64,000 nucleotides of DNA, from positions 561,140 to 625,139 of the forward strand of contig NW_027192204.1 in assembly GCF_041956535.1 (NCBI RefSeq), in the 5' to 3' direction. This DNA comes from Calcarisporiella thermophila CBS 279.70 (taxonomy: Eukaryota; Fungi; Calcarisporiellomycota). The position numbers and the translations under genes were made by a program. Positions 24,683-37,191 of the stretch are shown here, one piece after another. Below the pieces are notes generated by a model. The model saw only the letters and a program-made list of their open reading frames with translations. It made no database searches and was not told the origin of the DNA. Position 1 is the stretch's first letter; every line of letters begins with the position of its first letter.

Positions 24683-26880
24683 CTATGGCATCTCTCGCTC
24701 CTCGCGTTCCCTTCTTCTCAAATGCTTCATCAATACAAGTACACTAGTCGGCGTCATACCGTCCATTCGCTTTGCCGCACCAAGCGTTGCTGGCCGTGCA
24801 GTTTTGAGCTTCTCGCGCACTTCCGCAGATAGATTGTGAATAAGGTCGTAATTCAAGTCTTCCGGTAGCAAAATCTCTTCATCCCTTCTGAATGCTGCTA
24901 CCTCCGCCTCTTGACGAGTCAAATACGCTCTGTAGAATCCTTCAATAGCAAGGCGTTCTTTGATATTGGCTGGAATCTCTTTTAGTTCCGGGATTACATT
25001 TTCCAGCATCTTAATAGTCACAAATGGCAAGCGTAAGAGGTCCATTGCAGAACGACGAGCTCCATCCTGTCTAACCTGGATGCCGTGCCGTTGCCACACC
25101 GGGGGAGAAAGAACGGTGTTTTCCAACAGATCTGAACATCGACGCATCTGTGCTTCCGTCTCTTCATATATTTTCCAGCGATGATCACCCACCGTACCAG
25201 CCTCACGGGCTTTTCTTGTCAGGCGTAAATCGGCATTGTCGGCTCTGATTGTAAGGCGATATTCGGATCTGGAAGTAAACACACGGTATGGTTCTTCCAC
25301 CCCACGGGTAACCAGGTCGTCGATCAGCACGCCTAGGTATGCATCGGAGCGGTTAAGAATCAGCGGTGATTTTCCTTTGGCGCACAATCCAGCATTCATT
25401 CCAGCAAGGATGCCCTGAGCGGCGGCCTCTTCGTATCCTGTGGTGCCATTGATTTGTCCTGCGAGGAAAAGTCCACGAATTCGTCGTGTTTCAAGAGTGG
25501 GTCGAAGTTCACGTGGATCTACATGGTCGTACTCGACTCCATAGCCAGGGCGGAGCATGGTAACCTCTTCAAGGCCGGGGATGGTGCGGAGCATTTGAAG
25601 TTGTATTTCTTCAGGAAGGGTGGTTGAAATCCCGTTGGGATAGACAACGTGAGTATCCAGGCCTAGTCAGTAAAATAGATTCAGCTCTCAAATGAAAAAA
25701 AGGAGTAAAAATCTTAAACCTGAATAAATTACCCTCAGGTTCTAACCAGATAATATGTCCCTGTTTATCTTTAAATCGAATAACCTTTGACTCAATTGAC
25801 GGACAATATCTAGGTCCCTTGACTGTTTCTCGAATATGTATAGTTTTGTCTAGGTTATCGATAATTATTTTGTGTGTCTCCGGGGTTGTTCGAGTCTGGT
25901 GGCATAAGATTTGTTGATGATTATAAGGGACCGTGTCATGCATATATGAAAAAGGAGAAGCAGGCATATCACCCTCCTGCGGGACCAAATTCTTATAGTT
26001 AATGGTACGCCCATCAAGACGCGGTGGAGTACCAGTCTTTAAACGGCCTAATCGAAATCCAGCAAGTTTAAGTGAATGGGAGAGTCCAACTGAAGCAGCC
26101 TCCCCGATTCGCCCAGCTGGGTAAGCCGTCATACCAATATGGATTTCACCCCGTAAAAATGTGCCAGTAGTGATGACTACCTTTGGTGCATATATAACCT
26201 CTCCTGAATCTACATAAAAAGGGGAATGATATTCAATACAAGCGATAGCTGATGGGCTGGTTTTTTTAGTTTATTACCTAGTCGTACGCCCTGAATATTT
26301 CCATAGACTTGCATTGGTGAGAAATTTTCCTCATGGCGTATGAGAATATCCTCTACGCTCCCCGCTTTAATGGTAAGATTTGGATATGCTGATAGGTGTT
26401 CCTGCATATGTTTCTTGTATAGCTTTCGATCAATCTGTGCTCTCGGTCCCTGTTTTATATTGACATGATCAATTTTCAATAATCCACATCCTAGCTATGC
26501 TAATTCTATCATTATACCCAAACTGCAGCACCCTTCGACCTATTTAGCACTCTGAATTGGATTCCACTTAAATCCGAAATTCTTCCGCATAAGCCATCCA
26601 TTGCATCAATCTCTCTCACCAAAACACCTTTCCCAACACCGCCGAACGAAGGATTACATGACATTTCGCCTATTGTGTCGAATCGTGTTGTAAGTAGAAG
26701 TGTGTTTGCTCCGGTTCTGGCTGCAGCTGCGCAAGCTTCGGATCCAGCATGGCCCCCTCCAATGACAATGACATCATAGTGATAATTTTGAGGTAGGGGT
26801 TCACTGGCAGAGATAGTGACAGTGCGTGATAAATGGAATCTAAGAGAGCGTAATTTAGGGCGTGCAGATCTTAACAGCAT
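24683..26880 (-). CDS. MTO1: Mitochondrial tRNA U34 modification enzyme (GidA/MnmG family), multi-exon
   Basis: [68 protein letters not shown], and an Arg-rich presequence. Confidence 0.96.
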
Positions 26881-27015
26881 ATTTTCTTTTCGTGCAATAT
26901 TAAAGTAAAGATCAAGGAGGTTGAGCCTTGTTTTTATATGACTGCTTATGGCTTATTCGGAAATGTGGCCAAAATTGATGTATTAGAGAATAATGGATAA
27001 TGATAACGTATAAAG

Positions 27016-27556
27016 ATGGAAGGAATGCGTCAGAGAACAGCAGGCTCTATTGCCCCACGATCCGGAGCCTCCACCCAATCTTCTAGCAGGCCCACACAGC
27101 CTCGTACCAGAATTCAACGATTCCAATCTTCCCTTCCACAGTTAGTCATTACTGGAGGATTACTCCATTTTTTTGACGTGTGGCGTGTTGTAGTGAAATC
27201 GGAAGATGATCGCGTAAACCTGTAACTTCCAACTTCAGAAGAGTTAATTTGAATGACGAGCGCTAATGTCTATATTTTCAATTAGCCTTCCATTAGTTCT
27301 CGCTGCGTATTCTTTCGTTGGCCTCTTTGGAATATTTTTCTACCTCACAATTTTCCAAGGCATGAACAAAAACCGGATCCTGAACTGGCGCTCCGAACGA
27401 ACAATTAAGCCATGGGTACAGATATCTTCACTATTGGGATTGGTTGGATTTATACTTTTCGTCGTAGCTGTATGGCCTGTATGGGGAGCGGCTAGTTTCT
27501 TGGTTTTCGGGTCGCTTATGGTCTTTGTGGTAACTGCAGTTGGTCTGGCACTCTGA
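27016..27556 (+). CDS. Small multi-pass membrane protein (TMEM128-like); one intron at ~27222-27285
   Basis: ORFs 27016-27225 and 27266-27556 join in frame through GTAACT..TTAG. Hydrophobic helices and an AVWPVWG motif. Divergent from MTO1 across only ~135 bp. Confidence 0.6.
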
Positions 27557-29574
27557 TCATTTCTGAAGATTTTTTCTATGGGCTCTTATCCGACCCCCTT
27601 GATTTCAATCACTATAGTATTTACTAATAATATTGCGAATAAACTCAAAACATACAATAATGGCGAATACAGTCTATATCGACTCAAAGCCAATCCATAT
27701 ACCCTTTGGGATTATTCCAAAAATTCAGAAATGTATTAATATGTCAGGTTCTGAGAACAGAAAAGAGTTCAGGACTATCACAGGCCAAATATACCGATAC
27801 AGCTCGGTTTGCTTTGCGTACTATAGTGTTGGAAGCTTTGTCCCAAGTTCTGCACTGAATAACGTGCTTCTTATGGATATATGAGTTTTGCTATAGTATT
27901 CAAACCATGGTTGCAAGAGTTCCCTGTATTCATATTACTTCTAAAATGAAATACAATAGGAAATGATATAGGTAAAAAGGAGTGCCCAGTGACATGAAAG
28001 GGATAATAGCGAGTAAATAATTGAAGTATAAGTGAGTGATAAGAAGAGCTAGGAGGTCATAAGGATAAAACAGTTCTAACCAGTGCTCATCGGAAGCTCA
28101 GCTATTGATTTTGACAGAAATAATCAGAAATAAATCAGAATAAATAAAATTTTCTTTTTTTACTTGTCTTCCTTGTTTTATATCTATTTTATCTCTCGAG
28201 GGTATTTATTAATACTACGTTGATATCAAGTGTGCAAACGGGAAATAATGTCAGTTCATGTGCTCTATTATAAGAAAAACATAATAAATAGAATTGATTT
28301 GGAAGTGAAAACATAGAACTATTATATTTTAACTTGATAAAGTAAATTGACCTGATTGTTTTCGAATACTATTTAGAGTTGGCAGTCTCCTGTGGATCTT
28401 TTGGCTATCATTTTTTCGAAGGTTTAAGTGCATAATTTGCTTACACTGGAGACTGTCTTTTTGGAAGAAATTTTTAGTATAAAATATAGATCTTGGAGCT
28501 AGAGTTGATAACCTCAGAGGAAATAGGTTCATTATGCTAGTGAGCAAAACCTCCCAATCCTGTTAAATAAAGTACTAGGGGGTTCAAAAGCGGGTAAAAA
28601 TGCAAACAGCAAATCTAGATTATAGTGGTTTAGAGTAGGACTTAAGGTAAGTATTATGGTAAGCAATACGGTAAGTATTGAGCTATATAAAATATTATTA
28701 ATAAAGTAAATATCAAGGTAAAAATTAGAATGCGTAGAGGTTCTTTTTGGTAGACTTAATAAATTTAGCAATTTTGATAAGGAGCCATAGAACCATTTAT
28801 GATTTAATGATGTAATGGTAAAAGATTTAATCTAATATTATGTAAAAAATGACAAAAATAATTAAAAGATAAAAATTGATATCAAATCAGCTAAGGAAAA
28901 TTTAGATGTGATATATGTAAAGTATGCTCGAGTGGTTCGTCCCGCAACAGAGTAAGTGTATTATTAAGATAAGTTTTGATGACAGTTTTTAGAAAACTAC
29001 TACAAGTGACTGTGAAACGATGGCACTAAAAACGAAAGCTCTAGAATGGATGCTCGCAGAGTTATTAGTTCTCAACGCTTCCGCTATAATTCTAGAGATT
29101 TTTATCCGTATGGTTTGACCAATCAAAGCTCATAATCCTTTTTTGATTCTGTCTGTTTTTCTGGCATTGCCCAAATTAATAGGTCTTTCTATTCAAGGAT
29201 ACTCTGCAGGGTAACCCGAATCGTTTACACCCATAAAGTTTCCTAATGGAAACATTAGATAGAAGAAATCGAGTAAACCAGGAACAAATTATATCGCTCT
29301 TTGCATTGTGCTCCCTCTACAAAACGATTTGGAATTCTCTCTTATTAGAACAATTAGTCACGAGGGCTGTAAAGTTGGAGTTGCCTCTCCTTTTCTTTGG
29401 TTCTACCTATTTCATTTTTTGCATTTCCAATAGAAAATGCTTGAAAATTGCAACTCTTCACATTTCTAAACAAGTATTATTTTAAATAGTAATCCAATAT
29501 TGCACAACAATTGATAAGCACATTTTTAATGAGTATATAACCCCCCTACCTTTATTTAAAGATGATTTATTAGC

Positions 29575-30954
29575 ATGAGATTTCCACAAACAGTCAGGAT
29601 GAAATATATTACGATCGCATTATTCTTGTTTGCTACATCCTATGTTGCTTGCGCATCAATTAGGCAAGAAGTCCCACATATAGGGGCATCAGCACATCTT
29701 CGTCAATATTACAAACGACGTCTCCCTCCCAAGAACTCTCCACCCCCTGAATCGCCAAGTAGTGAGCCAGAATGGACTCCAGATGATGTGAAGATAGAAA
29801 AGTTGGATGACAGTATTCGGGTTGAATGGGGCGATCCAAAGAAAATACCCCAATACCTTGCTAAAAGCATAGATTCCATCTTAAGTGTCGCGGGGGGAAC
29901 AGTTGGATCGGTCGGGGGTCCTGCTGGATCTGCCTTCGGAGCAGGAGCCGGCGCCGCTCTCGGGATTCAAATTAAAAAGTGGGCGGGAATTGACAAAAAC
30001 AAGAACTGGACCGACGAAGATTATATCAATTTAGCCATTTCGAGTATACCGGTGGGAGCGGGAAGCCAAGTTGCTCAAAAGGCTGCGGGACAACAGATCG
30101 TTAAGCAGCTAGACCAAGAATTAATAAAAAGCACCGGAAAAAGCTTAAGTCAAATAGGCGAGCGAGTGGGCAAGAGTACGATTAAACAAACGCTAGATAC
30201 TTTAAAGGCGGAGAACCGTCAGGTATATAAGCAGGTTATAAAAGAGATAGGCTCTGAAGCTGCAAAGGAAATCGATCCTCAAATAGAGAAGCAGGTTTAT
30301 GATGAAATCGTCGAAGCTGGTGAACAGGCCTGTAAGCGATCTGGCGGAATCGCATTGGACAAAAGAGGAAACTGTATAGGCACTAATCCCCGTCCACAGA
30401 GGAATCCGAGTAATCGTGGACCGAATGGGGAATCGAGTGCTCCAAACAGCGAATCTAGCGCTCCAAACAGCGAATCCAGCGCTTCAAACAGCGAATCCAG
30501 CACTTCAAACAGCGAATCCAACGGTCAGGCAAGTAACAATGAAAATGGCAAGCCACGCCCCAAGTTGCCAGGAGGTCCCACTAAGTCGGAGGATTTGCCC
30601 AGCAGTGGGCCTCCCAAGGAGGGCCCCCCTCCCCCTTATCCAGGTCGAGAGCAGGGCATGGATATTGAAGACATTAATCCTCGGCCTCCTGATTACGAAA
30701 CGTCACAAGAGATAACGAGGGGGCAAAACTTAGAGGAATTTGCAGATAGTTTTACCCGAGTCCGACGTCCTAATCGCCCTAGGCCACCTAGTGATTCTAG
30801 CGCTAATTTACCAAGCTCCGAATCGGAAGAGGATATTGATGCAATCGTCGCTGAGTTTAATCGGCAAAGAGATCAAGCTAATTCCTCTCCCAGAGTGTCC
30901 AACGGAGATCGCCCAGGAACAAGTGGCGTTCAGCGTGAGGGTCCGCGAACGTAA
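29575..30954 (+). CDS. Intronless predicted secreted protein (459 aa), candidate effector/toxin
   Basis: Signal peptide MKYITIALFLFATSYVACA, dibasic sites YYKRR, CKR and DKR, glycine zipper VAGGTVGSVGGPAGSAFGAGAGAALG, and a disordered tail with PPPY and PPDY. It lies in AT-rich flanks. Confidence 0.8.
   Translation: MRFPQTVRMKYITIALFLFATSYVACASIRQEVPHIGASAHLRQYYKRRLPPKNSPPPESPSSEPEWTPDDVKIEKLDDSIRVEWGDPKKIPQYLAKSIDSILSVAGGTVGSVGGPAGSAFGAGAGAALGIQIKKWAGIDKNKNWTDEDYINLAISSIPVGAGSQVAQKAAGQQIVKQLDQELIKSTGKSLSQIGERVGKSTIKQTLDTLKAENRQVYKQVIKEIGSEAAKEIDPQIEKQVYDEIVEAGEQACKRSGGIALDKRGNCIGTNPRPQRNPSNRGPNGESSAPNSESSAPNSESSASNSESSTSNSESNGQASNNENGKPRPKLPGGPTKSEDLPSSGPPKEGPPPPYPGREQGMDIEDINPRPPDYETSQEITRGQNLEEFADSFTRVRRPNRPRPPSDSSANLPSSESEEDIDAIVAEFNRQRDQANSSPRVSNGDRPGTSGVQREGPRT
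30430..30520 (+). repeat. 21-bp coding minisatellite, 4 full copies plus a partial (ESSAPNS/ESSASNS/ESSTSNS)
   Basis: gaatcgagtgctccaaacagc, gaatctagcgctccaaacagc, gaatccagcgcttcaaacagc, gaatccagcacttcaaacagc, gaatcca. Confidence 0.9.
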
Positions 30955-31596
30955 AATGGCCAGCCGCTTGATCCTCTCCAGCCCATCTATATAGCCCAGT
31001 ACAATTCCCCACTGCAATACTCCCATAGATAAACTCATTTCTATTTGTCATTTATTCCTCACTCCGTTTACTGAAATCTTAAGGCGAGAATATAGCATAG
31101 GATATATCGTTTACTCTATATTATATAAATAAAGATATTTTAAGAATTTCCTAAGACATCAACAGCAGCATTAATTGTGACATTTATTCTTTAATAAAGT
31201 CTATAAGTTAAAAATATGAAGATACTACTTGGCTTTAAGGAATTTACTATCCAAATCTGTAGAACTATATCGTCTCCACTACTTCGGGTGTATCCAGTAC
31301 AGTGTACAGAGGTAGCAATGCATACTAACAGCTTAAATAAATACGATCCGATCAATAAACGGCTTAAGTCCACTGTGAAAAAATCGATTGAATGAATAAG
31401 CCATTAGTTGTAATATGCTTTCTGCCTGGTTCTTTCTGGAATCTCCTTTATTATCCATCTTTATTCACTGCACGTGAATATCCAGGTAACAATAGGTAAG
31501 ATCATAGTATATACTGCGCCACACATCTTTTGAATAGAAGCACAAGGAACAAAATCTTGGTCAACAGTATTATACATTAATACATCACTTCTTAAA

Positions 31597-32976
31597 ATGG
31601 ACGAAAAAAAGAAACATCTCGCGTTTTCAATCTTGGAATTTCTCCAAAAATCGTGCCAAGATGGCACCATCAAAGCTGATGACACCGAGAGCATGGAAGG
31701 TAAAGAGTAATGAATTTCTGATTTCGATGAATTTGAGTGTCTAGATCTCTATGCATTGTAGTGGCCATGCAGTGTATCGGTGAAACTTTCGGGGTGAATA
31801 TCGAGGATCCCGAGCAACAAAAATTGTATTCAACCAAGCCGGCTACACTGCTCACGATTTTCGATGTTTTCCTTAAGACTCAGAGTAAGCTTAAAAGTGT
31901 AAGTATGCCATGATAATTGATTGGAGTAAAAGCTGCTCATCGTATTATCTTACTATCTAGACGCCCGCTGAATCATCTGCTAATACCTTGACGACGGGTA
32001 AAATCTTAATTACTTCTTAGTTATATCTATACTTAATGGATATTAATGTATTAATTATTGGCCTATTTTAGAGTCAAATGTAAGCAATTTTAGTAATGAC
32101 ATATCTTGCCAGTGTCTATTTCATACTAACGGAGCCATAGGAGAAGGCAGCGCCTCCAGCTTTGAGCGAAGAAGAGAAGAAAAAAGCTGAAGAACTCAAG
32201 GCGGCTGGTAACAAGAAGGTTACAGAGCGCAACTATCCTGAAGCCATCAAATTATATTCAGAGGCGATTGCTATTGATGGCAATAACGCTGTATACTATG
32301 CGAATCGGTAATAATTTTACATCTTCTCCAAAAGATTACCATTGAATAATATTTGTTTCGCTTTTAGTGCTGCCGCATACAGCCAACAAGGCGATTACCA
32401 AAGGGCGGTTGAAGATTCGGAAAAAGCTTTGGAAATTGATCCCAAATATAGCAAGGCTTACAGTCGATTAGGGTGAGTTTCTACATTGCAAGCGTTACAC
32501 TTTTGACTAAACTAATGGTGTATTTCGTAACGGGACATAGACATGCACACTATTGTCTTAGCAATTATGAGGAAGCTGTTAATGCTTATGAGAAAGGTCT
32601 TGAGCTGGATCCTAACAACTCTGCAATGAAGCAATCCCTTCAGACGGCGCGCTCCAAGCTCCCTTCTTCTACCTCTCCATCGACTACACGTGAAGCCGAA
32701 GCCGCTTCTCCGTTCGGCGGTGCAGGAGGTCCTGGAGGATTTGATTTTGCCTCGCTGATGAACAACCCTGCATTGATGCAAATGGCCCAACAAATGATGC
32801 AGTCAGGAGCTATGAATGATATACTAGGAAATCCCCAGATGGCTCAAATGGCCGAACAATATATGCGTTCCGGTCGTACTCCTTCAATGGAGGACCTAAT
32901 GAGTAATCCCGAGTTAATGAATATGGCAAGGCAATTTATGGGAGGGGCTGGTCGCGGAGCGGGTGGACGCCAATAG
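31597..32976 (+). CDS. SGT2: Small glutamine-rich TPR co-chaperone (SGTA), multi-exon, with an 8-nt micro-exon at 32072-32079
   Basis: Dimerisation domain KKHLAFSILEFL...ESMEVAMQCIGETFGV. TPRs AEELKAAGN..AVYYANR-AAAY..DPKYSKAYSRLG. C-terminal DFASLMNNPALMQMAQQMM. Confidence 0.93.
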
Positions 32977-33395
32977 TTTTTAGATGAAATGTATTGGTCA
33001 TCATCGAGAATATATGACGCTTTGATTTTTCTCACAACTATATCTCTCTATTCTTTCTCTTAATAATAATCTACAAATGCAGAAGGACCCATCTTCTCGC
33101 AAGCTGTCACAAAAGTGTTTTATTTTGAATAACGGTTGGTTCTTTTCACTATCCTCTTATAGATTAAAATAAATGGAGAATAGGCAACTTCTGCAGTTGT
33201 CCACACTTCTCAGTATCTAATACAGAAATTTCTTTTTATGCAAATATAATCTGGGAAACGATATCAATACAAGGTATCTTCCTAGTAGACAAACCTTAAG
33301 CGAAAGGGGCAACGGAACATAGAATCCGCTTCATGATATTTTTTCCAATAGTTTAGGTTTGTACTTGCCTCGCAATTAGAGTATAATGACTCCCA

Positions 33396-34389
33396 TCACT
33401 CGGGATACTTATAAATACCCTCACGTTTCCCTCCCGGTTTGTAGTATTCTCTTAGATGCGGTTCGCCCATTAGTGATTCATATAATTTCAGCACATTCGG
33501 TGCATGTTTTTCAAATATATCATGTCTTCCACATACTTCGCCAATATTATGCACCCATATTAGCGCATTTAAGTCAGCGATGGAAGTACGGCCACCATCC
33601 AGAAACCGAGACTTATCGCCCAATAATCTGTTAAGATAATACAATCGCTCAGGGACAAACGCGTTAAAGAAGTGGTCCGCATTGTCTCCGGGACCAGGGT
33701 GGCGCGGATTACGATGCATTTGTCCGTACGCAGGGGAGAACTCCTGCCAACTCTCGTTTATCATGTCCACGTAAGCAACCTCACGGGCATCCGAAGTATT
33801 TCCCATAAGGCCAAGTTGACAGGCGAGGTAGCGATTAATTGCGCCCGTCTCTGATAGTCTAATATGTAGGATTTAGTAGAGTATGGCTCATTGAGTTGGA
33901 GGAGAAAATACTCGCTTGAACTCCTAAAGTATTTTCAGGAGGTCAGTAAAGGGACAATCTTATAAATACAAGAAATTATAACCTTTCCATCCGCTCCCTT
34001 TTCTACAAGTACGGGAAGGTGACCCAAGGGTGTTTTGATTTTTTCGTCATCGAGCCATTTTCTTGTCGCATTTGGTCCTCGATAATCCTTAAGTTAACCA
34101 CACCATTACTATTAGTTGAACAAGGAATTTTCGGACGTGCGCTTACATCAACAAACACGTTAATATAATCGGCCTATACAATAAGTGTTTATTTTTCAGC
34201 ATGCATTAGCTACGAAAAGAGCAAGAATAAATTCAAGCTTCTTACTTGTCTGTACTCAAGCATTAGTCGTGGCAAGTCTGCCTATTCCAGCATTTCAAGT
34301 GAATATTTCGTGCAATTAATTTCGACAAAATTGATGCTTACCCTGGCATGAATTGGAAAATAATGTATTTCATAGCGTGGCCGAGTCAT
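33396..34389 (-). CDS. Glutathione S-transferase (Tyr-type, sigma/pi-like), paralogue A, multi-exon
   Basis: YEIHYFPIHAR-ADLPRLMLEY, PLGHLPVL, LSETGAINRYLA, SIADL. An alternative upstream ATG is at 34404. Confidence 0.85.
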
Positions 34390-34788
34390 TAGTGTGCGAG
34401 TCATTAACAGTTTTTGAAAACTCATCCCAAGTGGCTAATGGAAAAGCGTAGAGATGCTAGCATCGCCAAGGGAGAACATTTTAGAAACCTACCACTTAAA
34501 AACTCAGTTACATAATTAGGAAATTAAAAATATATCCGGGAGAAATTTTGAGATATCTGAGAGGACGTGAATTGATATTCTCCATTTCCGACGTGTATAA
34601 AGAAATTTCTAACTTTACAAAGATATTTAATAAGTCTGACCCTGTTCTATCATTGAAATGGGCACGATAATAAATAATAAAGCAAAAGACAAACTAGGTA
34701 TAGCTTACAACACGTGTAGAATATGAGATATTAAGGGTGTAGCTATTAAGTGAAGGAAAATAAATGAAAAATCTGCAGTGAAAGTCTT

Positions 34789-36875
34789 CTAGATGTCATT
34801 TCGAGCAGGCTTCTCCTTATCACTGGGCGACCTCACCTCTTTCGGCGGCCCATGGGTTCGAAGATACAAGACGCCAATTAGGCCGAAGAGAACAATGACG
34901 CCATATATACCAACGAATGTCCAGTAGAGAGGCAATTCTGAGAGGATATATTTTTCGTACCGGTCAATCATCCGATCCACCGATCCTTCGGGGACAGGAA
35001 CTGTGTTCGTCGTATCGGGTGAGGTGGAAGCACCAAGGAACGGTGCCATCGCTTGATTTACAACATCTTCTGCTCGCTGCTGGCTAAGCATAAAAACATT
35101 TTCCGGGACCCGTGGAAGAGACACATGAACATGCTCGTGGATCCAGGTAAGTGCCGCCTGAATGCCGCGAATTTTGTTCACAAGCAAGCAATTGAGCACT
35201 TCCTTCACAGCATTAAGAATAGGAGGCACAGTGCCGAAAACCGTATTGAGAGTCTGTGATAGTTCATCCATAACTCCATTAAGGGTGCCATTAAGTGTGG
35301 TGGTCGTGAGATCAACCCATCCTAACGCATCCTGATTAAGCCGATTTTCGAAAGAAATTATAACACCATTACTCCCCTCGGAAAATTGGCGGGATGTAGT
35401 GTTCAGTTTTGCATTCATTTCTGCAATCACTTGCCGTGTTAAATTGCCAAGGGCTTGACGAGCAGGATCCCGCCAAGCATAGCGAGTCGATTCGATGAAA
35501 GCAATTTGAAGATACACGGCAAGGATACCCAAAACCCCAATGCCAAGGCATATCAATGCCGGAGGATGAAGCACATAGTGCCAAAACCAACGCCATAGAG
35601 AGCGATCTCTACTCACGGGCTTTCCAAACCACCCGCCAGTACGGTAGAGGATCCCCTCCAAGTAAGGGTGCCTTAAACAATAGTATATTTCAAGGATATC
35701 ATCACGAGTGTTGAGTCGAGGAGTGCGCATGTGCCATCGGTCAACACGTGCCATAAACTTTGAGTGCTGGTAGTACAGAAATACCCCATTTGCCAAGATG
35801 AGCAAAATGACAAGTCCACAGAGCACACCGATGCCGATGTAGATTGCTTTCTTCAAGTCGTTGCCTATTCCATCAAGCACGTCAAGATTAAGTGTATCGC
35901 GACAGAAAGTCACCTGCTGCATTGGGGGAACGGGAAAGGGGGTCGCATTGAACTGCATTGCTTTATCGAAAGACGCATTGATGAGCTGCTGCACCTGCGC
36001 AAAAGGGGTGTTAACTAGGCGATCAATTGTAGCATCGATCTGGTTAAGTGCGGGGAAGGTATTCGAAAGATTGCGTAGAGCCGGCTCAACGTCGGAGGGG
36101 AGGGTGACGCCCTGCAATTGCGCGACGGAGGGGATATTGACGGTGGGGATGTTGACGGGAATGTTGAGAGTGTTAAGGACGCCCGAAATTCCTCCGAAAG
36201 CTGCATTAATCTGTTTGTTAGCATTGCCAATGTCTGTATTAATGTTTTGTACGATCCCGCTCAGCGTGCTGTTTAGAAACTGGTTCAGCGCAGTGACCGC
36301 ATCTGCCAACACATCCACTGCACCGTGTACCACAAGCACAAGTAGGCATTTGTACGTTCCCCAATAAAAATTTATAAACCAGGATATAGTGGCAGAGGCA
36401 GCCGTCAACGCCAAATTGAGTGCTTTACGCACCTCGGAGAGCGTAAATAACACCGACTGTATCATGGCGTGATTTACCCCATCGACCGCAAAGTGCGGAT
36501 ACGAAATCACGTTCGAGGCGGTGGTCTCCAAGACTGCGCATCCTTTATAAAATCCTTGTTTTGTATCGTCGACATACTGATCAATAGTTCCAAGATTGAG
36601 AACCAGTCGAAATACTTTTTTTGAGGTGTAAACAATTATTAGACCATAATCGAAAAATAGAGAATTTCTCGTTGTGTACTTAGAAAACCGATGACGATAA
36701 TGGCATAATGAGCAAATGCCTGGGAAACCTTCGCTCTAGCTCCTAAATACGAGGGATGGACTGAATTGGTTGGAACATCCGAAATGGTGGCGGGTTTACT
36801 GCCCTCTGGTGGATCATGAGCCGGTGCCTCATCACCAGGAACCGTCGCTGCTGCTGTTTCGGGCAGTGGTGGCAT
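34789..36875 (-). CDS. PRM1: Plasma-membrane fusion protein PRM1
   Basis: N-terminal YLGARAKVSQAF motif, C..LETTAS..ISYPH, FINFYWGTYKCLL, multiple TMs, N-glycosylation-rich loops and CLLVNKIRGIQAALTWIHEH. One 5' intron. Confidence 0.85.
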
Positions 36876-37191
36876 GTTTTTTGTGAATAAGGAGCAAATG
36901 TGCAAAACAATCAGCGAGTGGCACACCTTGGCGACGGTTTATATTATTGGAGAATAAGTTAGTATTCTAGAACAACGTTCTTTGTTTTTCTATTTGCGGT
37001 TAAATGAAACGCCAGCTATTCAGGGTTGCAGGATATGGATCTGAAACTGAAAGCCAATCTTTGTTTAAATAGCTCTAAAATATAGATTCTCCGATTCCCC
37101 TTTATGAGATTAAATTACATTGGCATCTGCAAATCAGCTGTATTTCATGAAAGAGCTGATAAAGTAGACGGTTTCCTCCAAATATTAACTT

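Noticed and set aside
30430-30520. Regular repeat as a possible CRISPR-like array
   Set aside because: Head-to-tail in-frame coding minisatellite with no spacers, in a eukaryotic context.
35515-35705. Other RTATCCTT matches (within the PRM1 ORF; also ~9521, ~13459, ~24639)
   Set aside because: They lie inside uninterrupted ORFs, on the non-coding strand or in intergenic DNA, with no need for an intron.
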